Below are positions 25,345-38,555 of a stretch of 64,000 bases of DNA, piece after piece. The notes under the pieces are model-generated. The model was not told the origin of the DNA and ran no database searches. It worked only from the letters and a program-made list of their open reading frames with translations. Position 1 is the first letter of the stretch; each line of letters opens with the position of its first letter. Made by a program: the position numbers and the translations under genes. The stretch is taken from the NCBI RefSeq assembly GCF_006345805.1, contig NC_043014.1, forward strand, positions 42,594,001-42,658,000, read 5' to 3'. This DNA comes from Octopus sinensis. Lineage: Eukaryota.

Positions 25345-25952
25345 CTGTACTACTCTCTTACTCTTTTATTTGTTTCAGTCATTTGACTGTGGCCATGCTG
25401 GAGCACCGCCTTTAGTCGAACAGATCAACCCCAGAACTATTTCTTTGTAAGCCTAGTACTTATCCTGTCGGTTTCTTTTACCGAACCACTAAGTTACGGG
25501 AACGTAAACACACCAGCATCGGTTGTCAAGCGATGGTGTTGGGGACAAACACAGACACATAAATATATATATATATAGGGAGAGTTTACGAAAAAAACAA
25601 AAGATGAAGACAGGTGGTGTACAAAACAAACAGATGTATTAGTATAATGCTCAGGAATTGAAAAGGTCTTTTATATTTCGAGCCTTCACTCTTCTACAGA
25701 ACGTGACACAGAAAAAACAAGGAGAGAAAAAATGTGTGTAGTGACTAATGATCTATCATGGCGACTGATATATATATATATATATATATATATGACGGGC
25801 TTCTTACAGTTTCCATCTACCAAATCCACTCACAAGACTTTGGTCAGTTTGAGGCTATAGTAGAAGCTGTATGCCCAAGTTGCCAAATAGTGACCAAACC
25901 CAGAACCGTGTGATTGGTAAGCAAGCTCCTTACCACACAGCCACTCCTGCAC
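25345..25952 (-). mobile_element. SINE A copy carrying the Penelope-like insert (25578-25767)
   Basis: Tail rc ttgtttcagtcatttgactgtggccatgctgg; head rc ccacacagccactcctgcacct. Confidence 0.85.
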
Positions 25953-26705
25953 CTAGGTTTTTTTTGTTGTTTTTTCCTCGTTTTTTGGGTACCGTAAGCA
26001 CTAGTGAGGTTACTAAGAAACTTGCTGGACAGGAAAAAGCTTCTTTGATTAAGTCGGTTGAGAGTATTTGCAACAGGGGGGTAGCTTTGTACCAGGTGTT
26101 GAAAGGCTAAAAAGTATAATGGAACCTAAAGCATGTGTACACATACATAAACCCATACCATTGTACATAGACACACACTCACACACACACACACACACAT
26201 ATACATACATGTATGAATATACACATACATATATGTATCTGTGTTTACATAACAGATTTCACTGAGTAACCTCAATCTGCTTGTTTAGTCTTAAATTTAA
26301 AGTATTAAAGATGTGTTGCTATTTTAAATCAGTAAGTCGTTTAAAAAATTAATTCAAACTGGTTGTTTCTTTCATTCATATTAATTTTACTTCAATATTG
26401 CGTCGGTTTAGATTTTTTTAAAATAATTTGAAAGACATTTCATTTTCTGTTGGTTTTTTTTTTCCCCCTTGTTAAAAGTAAAACGTCTTATCTCCATAAG
26501 CCTCTTCTACCATATTTAGTTTTTTATTTATTTAGTTTTTTATTTATTTGCTTCTTCGTGTTTTTCTCAGAAATGTTGGGTCTGGATATTTAATCTGCTA
26601 ATTTGAATTATTATTTGTGTGCAGCAGCAGTGGCGATGGCCGTGGTGGTAATGGTGGTGACGGTGGCTCTGCAAGCAGAGTTGATTGATGGTAGTGGCAA
26701 CGGTT

Positions 26706-27122
26706 GCGTTAATGGTGTTCGTGCCAGTAGTGGTGGTCATATTAATAATATTGGTGCTGGTAGTCGTTATATCAATAGTATTGGTAACAGTGGCGATGGT
26801 TGCATGAATGGTGTTGGTGATGGCGCTGGTGCTGGTTAGCAGTTGTGTTAATGGTGTTTGTGCCAGTAGTGGTGGTCATATTAATAATATTGGCGCTGGT
26901 AGTCGTTACATCAATAGTATTGGTAACAGCGGTGATGGTTGCATGAATGGTGTTGGTGATGGCGCTGGTGCTGGTTAGCAGTTGTGTTAATGGTGTTTGT
27001 GCGAGTAGTGGTGGTCATATTAATAATATTGGCGCTGGTAGTCGTTACATCAATAGTATTGGTAACAGCGGTGATGGTTGCATGAATGGTGTTGGTGATG
27101 GCACTGGTGCTGGTTAGCAGTT
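26706..27122. repeat. Three tandem 139-bp GGT-rich units
   Basis: Unit starts at 26706, 26845 and 26984 (partial at 27123); units nearly identical. Confidence 0.9.
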
Positions 27123-27159
27123 GTGTTGATGGTATTAATATTGACAGTAGTAGTAAGGC

Positions 27160-28480
27160 AGCAAGATGGCAGAATTGTTATGTTTAGCTGCTTCTCATTT
27201 GTCTTTACATTCCGAGTTCAAATTCCGCTGACGCCAACTTTATCTTTCATCATTTCAGGAGCAATGAAATAAGTATTAGTTATGTCCTAGGGGCGGGTCG
27301 ATGGAATCGATTAGCCCCTTTCCCCCCACCAAATTTCAGGCCTTGTGCCTAGAATAGAAAGGGTTATTTAACAGCATGTACAAGGTGGCAAGCTGGCTGA
27401 ATTGTTTAACACATCGGGCAGAATGCTTTGCAGTATTTTTCATCTGTCTTTACGTTCTGAGTTCAAATTCTGCTGAGGCCAACTTTGTCTTTCATCATTT
27501 TGGAAGCAATGAAATAAGTATCAGTTATGTCTGGTGGGGTGTTGATGAGATCAATTAGCCCCTTCTCCTACCAAATTTCAGACCTTGTGCCTAGAATAGA
27601 AAGGGTTATTTAACACCAAGTACAAGGTGACAAGCTGGCTGAATTGTTTAACACATCGGGCAGAAGGCTTTGCAGTATTTTTCATCTGTCTTTACGTTCT
27701 GAGTTCAAAATTTTGCTGAGTCTGACTTAGCCTTTCATCATTTGAGGATCAATGAAATAAGTATCAGTTACGCCTTGGGGTCGACACAATCGACTAGCCC
27801 CCTTCCCTTCAAATTTCAGGCTTTCTGCTAGTACCTCAGGCAAAATGCTTGGCAGCATTTTGCTCATCTTTACATTCTGCAGTCAATTTTCGCCGAGGCC
27901 TTCTTTGCCTTTCGTCCTTTCAGAGTCGATGAAGTAAGTACTAGTCATTTACTGGGGTTGATGTAATTGATTTCCCTTAAACTTGCTGGCCTTGTGCCAA
28001 AATTAGAAAGCAATATTGATAGCAGCAGTAGTAGTTACATTAATGGTGCTGGTAGCGATAGTGGTTAATATCAGTGATAAGATGGCTAGCTGGCAAAAAC
28101 GTTAGCACGCCGGGCAAAATGCTCAGCAGTATTTCATCTGCCGTTACGTTCTGAGTTCAAATTCCGCTGAGGTCGACTTTGCCTTTCGTCCTTTCGGGGG
28201 TCGATAAATTAAGTACCAGTTATGCACTGGGGTCAATATAATCGACTTAATCCATCTGTCTGTCCTTGTTTATCTCCTCTATGTTTAGCCCCTTGTGGGT
28301 TGTAAAGAAATAGGTATTTCATCTGTCTTTACATTCTGAATTCAAATTCTGCCGAGGTCAACTTTGCCTTTCATCCTTTCGGGGGCAATAAATTAAGTAC
28401 CAGTTGCGTACTGGGGTTGATCTAATTGTCAGGGCCCCCGCCCCAAAACTTTTTGGGCCTTGTGCCTAAAGTAGAAAAGA
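27160..28480 (+). mobile_element. Run of SINE B-type copies, including ~242-bp tandem units
   Basis: gtacaaggt(g)(g/a)caagctggctgaattg at 27378 and 27620; canonical SINE B dimer at about 28085-28480. Confidence 0.75.
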
Positions 28481-29384
28481 ATATCAGTAATACTGATGCT
28501 AGTAGTATTAATGGTTGTATTGTGCTTACTGTTGCGTATTAACGGTACTGGTGTTGGTGATCATATTACTAATATTTAGTAATAATAATGGTTTCAAATT
28601 TTGGCACAAGGCCAGCATGTTTGGGGAAGGGGAGACATCTTGGTACTTATCTTATCGCCCCCTCCCCCCTCCCTAGGGTGAAAAGCAAAGTCAACCTTGG
28701 TGGGAATTGAAATCAGAACATAAAGACAAACAACAGGTCGCTAAGTATTTTGGTTCAGTGTGCTAACGATTCTGCCAGCTCCCCCCCCCCCACCTTCTAA
28801 TATTGAGTAATATTAGTACTACTAGTAATAGTACTACTAGTTGTTGTTGTTGTAATTATTGTGCTTTACTGCTGACAATTTAGAAAACTAAAAGCTAAAA
28901 AGAAACAAATCTGTTATCCTCCCCTCCACCACCCCGCCCCCCGAAATTGTAGCAGTGGTAATTGTTTCCTTTGATTTAATTGGATTTTTGTTGGTTTTTT
29001 TTTTTTTTTTGTTCATTTTATTTTAAATGTGAATGTTATGCTTTGACTTTATGGTAGGAGCAGGGCTCAAAAAAGGGATTGTTAGTTAATCTAATATTGC
29101 CTTCCTAGAATTATAGCAGTAATTATGAGATTGATTCAGTAGATTATATAATATACTCATTATCTGTTGACAAAATAGATCATTATTTATTACTCTAAAG
29201 TACGTTGGGCTCCATGATTTAAAAGAGATAATAAATGAAAAGGAAAACACTCATTCCATGAATTTCTTACATAATGTTATTATTTTCCGTCAGTAAGAAA
29301 TGTTTCACTTCATAAAATGTGTAATTAATATACATAAGGTTATGACATGCTGATAATTTCTAAAAGGAATGAAATAGTTCTATA

Positions 29385-29608
29385 CTCTTTACTCTTTACT
29401 CTTTTACTTGTTTCAGTCATTTGACTACGGCCATGCTGGAGCACCGCCTTTAATCGAGCAACTCGATCCCGGGACTTATTCTTTGTAAGCCCAGTACTTA
29501 TTCTATCGGTTTCTTTTGCCGAACCGCTAAGTGACGGGGACATAAACACACCAGCATCGGTTGTCAAGCAATGCTAGGGGGACAAACACAGACACACAAA
29601 CATACACG

Positions 29609-29656
<48 letters not shown>

Positions 29657-29790
29657 ACAGGCTTCTTTCAGTTTCCGTCTACCAAATCCACTCACAAAGC
29701 TTTGGTCAACCCGAGGCTATAGTAGAAGAGACTCGCCCAAGGTGCCACGCAGTGGGACTGAACCCGGAACCATGTGGTTGGTAAGCCACT
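29385..29790 (-). mobile_element. SINE A copy, 5'-clipped
   Basis: Reverse complement of the 5880 consensus. Confidence 0.85.
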
Positions 29791-31339
29791 GACTAAAAAT
29801 ATTTAGAACTTCATAAGTTGGCAAAAAAAAAACTGTAATTCTATACATCTTTTTCTTTGTTCCTAAAATTCAAATTAACTTCAAATCCTACCAAATGTTA
29901 TGAAGAAACGATTATCTCCCCTGTATTAAATGTCTGCTAGAGGACACCACATGTGTAATCATCCATTTTACTTTATATATCTGCAAAGAAATCACTTCTA
30001 TCCAAACTGAAGGGTTTGTGATTCATCTCCTGCTGCTGTTACTGTTGTATGTCTGATGTCTTTGACTCTTATCTCCCAATGGCTAAGTCCACTGAGCTTT
30101 TAACCCTTTTGTTGCCATTGACAAGAATTTGAAGGGCTTTAGTAAAATAATTAACTCTTTCGTTATTAAGCTGATAGTTAGGACTTATCCTGGACAAGAT
30201 ATTAAACTGTAACCTGTTATGAAGCTTCAGTGTAAGAATTCAGAAGTTTGAGTGAGTAGGGAGTTAGACAGAAGGCAATGAAAAACCACTGAAAAGTTGT
30301 AAATCTTGAAACTTTGGCACTGAAGTCTTTGGCATTGAGACCTATGATCTCCAATGCCTGTTGTCATGGCATGGATGAGCTGTTAGAATATAACTTTGTA
30401 TGTTCTTACATGAAATAATATTAGGAGGGTTTTAATTTCGGTATGAACGCATTAAAACTTGGTCACTTTGTATCACATACCTAGGGGCAGTCACTGGTAG
30501 GCTGGTATCAAAAAGATTGTTTTATCTCAGTTTAGCCACCATTGAGCAGATCTATGAATGAAGGCTTTCCAGTTATAATCACCTCATACTTTCCTCAATC
30601 CTTGTGTATCTAAGACTAGATTATTCAGTGTGTCCTTCCGTTTTCATATCAGTTTGTGTGATTCAAGAGAAAATTAGCTGCTATTTCCAGCAGGGCAAAT
30701 AATAACCACAAGGCTGTTTTATCATTGTTTGCTAATCTATAATTAAAGTATTTCCAGTTATAATCATCTCATCCTTCTCTCCTGCACTGTGTATCTAGGA
30801 CTGCATTAATCAATGTATCCCTCCCTTTTCAAGACATCACGCTGTGTGACTTGAGAGAAATTTGGTTGCTATTTCTAGCAGGACGAGTGATAACCACATC
30901 GGCCTGTTCTCTCATTGTTTGCCCAGCTTTAAGTAAATTCCTTGAATGGCGTAATACAATGTTGTACGCAGCAATAACATTAGAATTGATGGTTATTTGG
31001 TTGACTTGAGATGCTGGGTGCAATTTCACTCCAATCATCGCGGAGATTTTATTTTGCATTTGCCTAATTCAACAGAAATGAGAAATAAACACCGGATTGT
31101 TGTGGATCCTTGGGATTTCATTGGAAGATTAACTTCTCAACTAAAGAGTGAAAATGTCAGATAACCAAATTATATGATGGGAAACTCTTAGAGGAAATTC
31201 TTGGGTTAAAAACCTTAAAATCTTTAATAGATTCTTTGTGAGCTTTGGAAAATTAAGTCCCAAGTTAATATTAACAGTGGCGGCACCAAAGATTTACAGG
31301 ATCGTTGATACTGGTGTTTAAGTGATAAACTAACATTGA

Positions 31340-31960
31340 GCTCTGAGTGTCGATTGTAGCGGTGATGGTGGGGCAATGGCAGTTGTAGCGGTGGTGGTTG
31401 TAGTATTAGCAGCAGTGACAGTGATGATGGAGGTGGTGTTGGTGGTGGTTGTGGCGATTATGGTGCAGACAGGGATGGTGTTGGTGGTGATGAAGGTGGT
31501 TGCGATGGTGGCGGTGATGGCGTTAATGGTGGTGGCGCTGGTAGCTGTTTTGGTGGTGGTGGTGATGGTGCTAATGGAGATAGCGATGTTGGGTTTGGTG
31601 GTGACAGTGATGGGGATGGTGTTGGCGGTAGTGTTAGTAGTAGTGGTGTTGGTGGTGGCGAAGATGGTTGTGATGATATTGGTAGTGGTGGTGGTGATGG
31701 GGACGGTGGTGAAAATGGTGGTGGTGCTGGTAGCTGTTTTGGTGGTGGTGACGACGCTAATGGAGATAGCAATGTTGGGTTTGGTTGTGACAGAGGTGGG
31801 ATGGTGTTGGCAGTAGTGTTAGTAGTAGTGGCGTTGGTGGTGGCGATGGTGCAGATAGGGATGGTGTTGGCGGTGGTAGCGAAGATGGTTGTGATGATGT
31901 TTGTAGTGGTAGTGGTGATGGGGATAGTGGTAATGGTGGTGGTGGTGGCAGCAATGCTGT
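31340..31960. repeat. (GGT)-rich low-complexity tract with ~192-bp internal duplication
   Basis: gctggtagctgttttggtggtgg...ctaatggagatagc(g/a)atgttggg occurs at about 31537 and 31727. Confidence 0.8.
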
Positions 31961-32545
31961 GTAAGTAATGGTAATGGTCATCCTTGTTGCTTTAGTCTCG
32001 ATGGTAGTAGTGGTAGTATTGGTGGTGGCTTGTACTCTGCTAGCCTTCATCTGTGCAACAGGTTGAATTAATAATAATAATAATAATAATAACAACAACA
32101 ACAATAATCATCATCATCATCATCATCGTTATTGGAATGGTCAAATCTAATGTGTGGTTGCGTGAAGGAGGAGACATCGGCTGGGATTTTTTTAGCATTG
32201 TCAGTGGTTGGCGAGAATAGCAAAACGGGTAATGAATAGTAGTCATGATAATATATATAACGCTTGTGATAACAGCGAAATTCTACTACACCAGAATCTG
32301 TTGTCATATCAACAACAACTGCAGCAGCAGCACGGTAACAACGACAACAACAACAACAGCTACAACGGCAACAACCACAACAACAGGCAGAGCAATAACA
32401 ACAGTTGCAGTTGGACTGTAATTTAAATAGCAGCTTGTTGATGAGTTTGTCATTTACAGCAGAAGAGACTGAGAGCCGTACCGAAGTGTGTGCACGTGTA
32501 TGCATGCATGCGTGTGTATGTGTGTGTGCGTGTCTGTGTGTGTGT

Positions 32546-32579
<34 letters not shown>

Positions 32580-33098
32580 CTGCTTGTTAAATCTTGCTAA
32601 TAGCTATTTCAATGTTGATAGCTGCAGCCGTAGCATTAATAGCGCAGCAGTCAGTGCACTTCTCTCCTCCTCCTCTGCCTCCTCTCTCTTCCTCCGCCTC
32701 CTCTCTCCTCCTCTGCCTCCTCTTCCGCCTCTTCCTCTCTCCCTTGCCATCGACAATCCTGAAACCAACCATTTTTCTGAGCAATTTTTCACCACTGTGC
32801 GGAAATGCTTGTTGCAACAACACCAACCAACGAGTCTCTCCTCTTTCTTTCTCACTCTCTCTCTCTCTCTCCTTCTCTCTCGCTTTCCCCACCACCACCA
32901 TCTCTGGTTCCATGCACCATGGCGCCACCTTACCTCCGCCTCTCCTCACCTCAGAAGGTGCCTGAATTCTCATGCTTGCCTTGTATATAACATAACAATA
33001 GCTTTTCCGCCATCTCACTTCTGCTTTCATATGTGTGTGTCTGTCTGTACATATGTATATATACATACACACACATCTGCATATATACGTGCGTATGC

Positions 33099-33129
<31 letters not shown>

Positions 33130-33187
33130 GTGATACATTTAAGCATAAATATTTGTATATACATATGCCTATATACATATATGGCTC

Positions 33188-33231
<44 letters not shown>

Positions 33232-33232
<1 letters not shown>

Positions 33233-33500
33233 TAGGCAAAGGTGTGGCTGTGTGGTAAGAAGCTTGTTCCCCAGCAACATAGTTCTGGGTTCAGTCCCAC
33301 TGCATGGCACCTTGGGCAAGTATCTTCTACTATAGCCTTAGGCCAACCAAAGCCTTGTGAGTGGATTTCGTAGACGGAAACTGAAAGAAGCCCATTGTAT
33401 ATGTATATGTTTGTGTTTCTGTGTTTACCCCCCACCCCCCGCCACCATCACTTGACAACCAGTGTTGGTGTGTTTACATCCCCGTAACTTAGCAACTTGG
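33232..33500 (+). mobile_element. SINE A 5' part
   Basis: Head and core present, tail missing. Confidence 0.75.
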
Positions 33501-33689
33501 TTTCGTAGGCTCATTGAATGACCATATCTCTTCAAACAACTTGAGCTGTCTCTTAAGATGCCTGATGAGGTCCGGGGCATTCTACGAACCCTATGTAACT
33601 TGAAGTGTCATGGGGCCGATTCAGATTGTTATTAAATAATATTTGTCACTCTTACGAATTGTGCTGAGTGCCACTTTTTGTCATTTGTC

Positions 33690-34192
33690 AACATGACTGT
33701 ATGGTAAAAATGCCACTTCCTGATCACATGGTTCTCGGTTCAGTCCCACTGCATGGCACCTTGAGCAAGTGTCTTCTGCTGTAGCTCCTGACCGACCAAA
33801 ACTTTGTGAGTAGATTTGGTAGTCGGAAACCGAAAGGAGCCCATCGTATGTGTGTGTTTGGGTGGGTGCCTTTATGTCTGTTTGTCCCTCACCATTACTT
33901 GACAACCAGTGTTGGTATGTTTACATCCCATAAACTAGCTGTTCGGCAAAAAGTGAGCAGTAGAGTTAGTCCTGAGGTCGATTTGTTTAGCTAAAATTCT
34001 TGAAAGCTACGGCGGTACATATTCTAAAATTGGAATGATACAGAGAAGATTAGCATGGCCCCTACGCAAGGATGACACGCAAATTCGTGAAGCGTTCCAT
34101 GGCTACAGCTCGTGAGCTGAAACTAGATAAAATTTTTTAAAAAGCGGTTCCTTAGCATGGTTGCTGTCTAATGACTGAAACACATAAAAGAT
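33690..34192 (+). mobile_element. Old SINE A hosting the U6 chimera
   Basis: Host body runs to ctaaaattcttgaaa and resumes as aattttttaaaaagcggttccttagcatgg...gactgaaac. Confidence 0.75.
34006..34100 (+). pseudogene. U6: U6 snRNA copy (retro-pseudogene), lacking the first few nt and the oligo-T terminator
   Basis: gctacggcggtacatattctaaaattggaatgatacagagaagattagcatggcccctacgcaaggatgacacgcaaattcgtgaagcgttccat matches the conserved U6 sequence, including the ACAGAGA box and AGC triad; no U6 promoter context upstream, which is SINE sequence. Confidence 0.93.
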
Positions 34193-36199
34193 AAACACAC
34201 ACACACACACACACACACATACACATACATGTGTGCCAAGAATCGGAAGCGAGATTCAATAGAAAAAGACAATTCCTTGCTTTTCTTTCGCTTATGACTT
34301 TCTATACATATATTTACTCCATTTACTATTTTTCCATACTAAATTGAAAATTAAAAGACATGCTGGGATTTTTGCTTTTTATCTTCTTTGCAAACAAACG
34401 TTTTCTTTCCTTCTAGTCTGAAAAATTCTAAAGGCCTGAAAGTTTTTTTTTGGGGGTTTTTTTTTTTCTCCTTTACTATTTTATACTTTATAGATTGTGT
34501 CTCCTTCTGTCCTATCTATTGTTTTCCTTTCAAAACATGTTTTTTTTTTTAAGGGTATATAAAACACCTGACTCCTTGTAAACACAACTACTGAATATTG
34601 GTAGATGGTGAGCAGCAATCATCTTCTCTGTGAGACATGACATTTGTAGACTTGGCACGGAACCAATGCCACGAGTTTAATAATCAAAGTGATAACGATG
34701 CTGATGATATGGATAGTGTTGAGATGATTTGTTTGTTTTGGTTTTGGTTTTTTTGTTTTTTCCTTCTTGTTTAGTTTTGTATCTTTTTTGGGGGGGGGGT
34801 TTGCCCCCCCCCCCATCCCTGTATACAGAGGTGATGGAATGGTGTTGTGGTATTTTTTGGACCTTTGAAGCTTGTTAACCTGGGGGAGGTAACACCTCTA
34901 GTAGACCAAAAAAAGTGATTCCAAACATCTGCTGGTTTGCAATCATATTCAGCTTTGGGGAAAAGCTTCAGGAGTGAACTCTGAAGAAAAATTGGGAATC
35001 AGGGCCCCTGAGACAATTTGATACTTGTATCAAACAGTAATGATTCCTTTGGATCCGTCAGTGATATGGAGAGCAGGGGTCATACTGCATGAGTAACAAC
35101 TTGTCGTCCCTACCATACTGCCCAGGCTTAGGTCCTAATGAACACCCTATAATGCAAGGATAGCTGTTCTAATAGGACCATAGATAAACCTTTATCCATG
35201 GTCATTGATAACAGACGGAGGCTTATATAGAAATAAATGTGAAGTAATTGGTGTGGGGATGGAAACCCAGCCATAGATACAATGCCAAAGCAGATATTGG
35301 TGTACAACACTGTCCTCCAGCTTTTTGGATGCTATCAGACCATTCAGCCTATGCTAGCATGGAGCACAGACATTAAATGATGATGATGATTTAATTTCTA
35401 AAAGAAAATTTCAACCACCTCAGAGGTACGTTTATCCAAACAACAACTCTAGATCAAAAGAGCAAAAATGGTAAACTTGATGGTTATATATTGTCTGGGT
35501 GATGTTAGTGGATTAGCTATGCCTTGGTTCAGGAATTTTGGAGTTTTGAGGAAAGTGAAGCCACTTCTTAGTCGTCATTATTCCCAGGTCTACTCTGACC
35601 CAGAATTGTAGTTAGCACCTGTCAGGTTAAGTAGCACATTAGGATTTTCCTACATATGCATATGAAGGCTGGATCCAGTGGACTTTTGTTTCAACTGAGA
35701 GGAAGGCCAGATGAAGCAAGTCAGACATCTTGGTCATCCATTGCCTCCATCCCCATCCCCAGTCGTCTTGACCTAGTCTTGCCACTGGATTGAAAATGGT
35801 CATGGACAAGTGAATTAGGTTGACAGTGCTCAACTTTTCTTCACTTTAAACACAATTACTGCACAAATCATTAGTCATCCTTCGGGATGACTAGGTGACC
35901 CTTATCATTTCATCAGACGAATGTGTATGTAAAATTATACATAAAAACAATGGGGCCTTAAACTGAATGATCACTCAGTTCTTTCAAGCAGAGGACCATA
36001 TCTTTTCATTTTTACAAGGGAATGGTTGACAGTGACTCTGAAGTTTAGGTCTACTACTCACCATCAGCTTGATGATGGCTAGTAAGTCCAAACTTGGAAG
36101 TCACTGTCAGCCTCCACCTTCTAAAAAATTCATATAGATACCTTGGTTAATGCTCCCCTCTCAACTGAAGGGGGGCTTTATCTTGCAAGTTACCCGTTG

Positions 36200-36435
36200 A
36201 CCATCTGCTGGTGCTACATAAAAAAAACACCTGTGCTGGTGCCACGTGAAAACTCACCCTATGCTGGTGCCACGGAAAAAGCACCCAGTACACTCTGTAA
36301 AATGGTTGCCATTATGACGGACATCCATCGGTAGGAACCAAGACATGACTGGAACGTGGTGCAGCTTGCCAGCTCTAGCCAAGCCGTCCAACCCATGCCA
36401 GCATGGAAAACAGACAATAAACGATAATGATGATG
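36200..36435 (+). mobile_element. Family C-like element, diverged
   Basis: aaaagcacccagtacactctg...cccatgccagcatggaaaacagacaataaacgataatgatg. Confidence 0.65.
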
Positions 36436-36934
36436 GTAGCCATACATACACCTGATTTTCTGATATCTTTGATTCCAAAACCTTGATGGAAAAAACATGT
36501 TTTGCCAGACCACCCATGGGTACATAATAGTAATCCATCTACACACCTCTAACCTAGTAATTCTACCCCATGGCTTACGTACCGAAGCACCACAGTTCTA
36601 CTTTTATCTCGGACTGATATGTATTGGTGTTTACGTTTCTGACACCCACCACCCCCAATGCACCCGGTTCTCTTATCTGTAGAAGCCAATAAGTTAAGGG
36701 TAACTTTAAGCTAAACAAGCAGAGGATCTCTCAAAATTTTGGTATGGCCACCTAACGAGTGAAGTGTATAAAATGCAGTAAACACACAGTGCATGCAGTG
36801 CCACCTGTGATCATGAAGTGAACTAGACAGACAGCCACAGGAATTTCAAGTCCTTCCTCATGCCTCATATCCAGATTGTAGGAGGTGCCGGACCATCTGT
36901 TGCCAGAAAATTAATGGTGCATCTATAAACATAT

Positions 36935-37110
36935 ATGTATGTATGTATAAATGTGTGTGTGTGTGTGTATATGTATATATGTATATTTATTTATGTATAT
37001 ATATATATATATGTATATATGTATATGTTATATGCATATGTATAAATGCATATGTTTATATGCATATGTATATATGCATATGTATATGTATATATGGATA
37101 TGTATATGTA

Positions 37111-37161
<51 letters not shown>

Positions 37162-37215
37162 GTATATGTATATGTATATATATATGTATATATATGTATA
37201 TGTATATATATATTA

Positions 37216-37255
<40 letters not shown>
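36935..37255. repeat. (TA)n/(TATG) microsatellite
   Basis: Direct inspection. Confidence 0.95.
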
Positions 37256-37256
<1 letters not shown>

Positions 37257-37444
37257 GCTGTTAGAAAACGTATTTCTTGTTCATTTTACTAAAATTTATG
37301 TATGTCTTTTTGCCTGTCAAGGAATAAATATGGCAAAATATTTCAATTGTTTACTTATTGAGTGTGCAATATTATTTTAAGTTACGGAGGTAGAATAGCG
37401 GAAATTCGCAAGACATTCGCGCCCGGCAACATTGGTCGCAGCAA

Positions 37445-37509
37445 TCGTCTTCGTCGTCGTCGTCGTCGTAGTAGTAGTAGTAGTAGTAGTAGTAGCAGAA
37501 GTAGTAGTC

Positions 37510-37543
<34 letters not shown>

Positions 37544-37610
37544 CAGTAGTAGAAGTGGTGGTAGTAGTAGTAGTAGTAGCAGCAGCAGCAGCAGCCGTAG
37601 TAGTAGTAGG
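37445..37610. repeat. (CGT)/(AGT)/(AGC) trinucleotide tract
   Basis: Direct inspection. Confidence 0.95.
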
Positions 37611-38109
37611 CGTGCTATTTTAAGGCATTGTTGTTTATCTAGGTGCCTGTGTTAAAAAATAGAATGCCTTCCCATGTTTATTTAAAATAGTGACTGGCTG
37701 TCTGCCTGTGTGGGTTGATTTGATGATGATATCTGTTGAAATTCCAATCAAATCAAAATTTAAAATTTCAACAATTGCTTCGTGTTCTTCTAATAAGTGC
37801 GCTTTCATATATTAATTCCCTGTGAACAGTTTATGGCTAATTGTCTTCCTTTATTAACTTCTTCGATTTGACAGAGAGATAGAGAGAGAAGGAGAAGGAA
37901 TGGGTGTCTTTTGAGTCTCCAAATATTTAATTTATCAGTCAATTTTAAAACCATCAGCTTTGTTTCCATTCAAATATGTAAAGATTTGATTTTCATTGTG
38001 CTGGAATTTTTGGCTAAAAACCAAAGTTTGACAAGTCTGTGACCACAAATGAAAATTATTCAATAATTTTGAAGTATTTCCTACACCAAACAGTCAGTTT
38101 GATATAATC

Positions 38110-38500
38110 TTTTACTCTCTTTTACTTGTTTCAGTCATTTGACTGTGGCCATGCTGGAGCACCATCTTCAGTCGAGCAAATCGACTTCAGGACTTATTCT
38201 TTGTAAGCCTCGTACTTATTCTAGCGATCCCTTTTGCCGAACCGCTAAGTTACGGGGACGTAAATACACCAGCATCGGTTGTCAAGCGATGTTGGGAGGA
38301 CAAACACATACACACTCATATATATATATATACATATATACGACAGGTTTCTTTCAGTTTCCGTCTACCAAATCCACTCACAAGGCTTTGGTCGGCCCGA
38401 CGCTATAGTAGAAGACACTTGCCCAAGGTGCCACATAGTGGGACTGAACCCAGAACCATGTGGTTGGTAAGCAAGCTACTTTCCACACAGCCACTCCTAC
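38110..38500 (-). mobile_element. SINE A copy
   Basis: Reverse complement of the consensus, near full length. Confidence 0.85.
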
Positions 38501-38555
38501 ACCTATATATTCATGTTCTCTTATTGTTTGTTGATTTTTGTTCAGTTTTAGGGGT

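Noticed and set aside
31376-32104. Val/Met-rich and Pro/Ser-rich ORFs
   Set aside because: (GGT)n low-complexity tract, open on both strands, with no domain.
33560-33600. ctgatgag...cgaa hammerhead-like core
   Set aside because: No helix II pairing and GAAA is absent.
34006-34100. Functional U6 gene
   Set aside because: The 5' end is clipped, there is no T-run terminator, it is embedded in a SINE without an upstream snRNA promoter context, and it has several substitutions.
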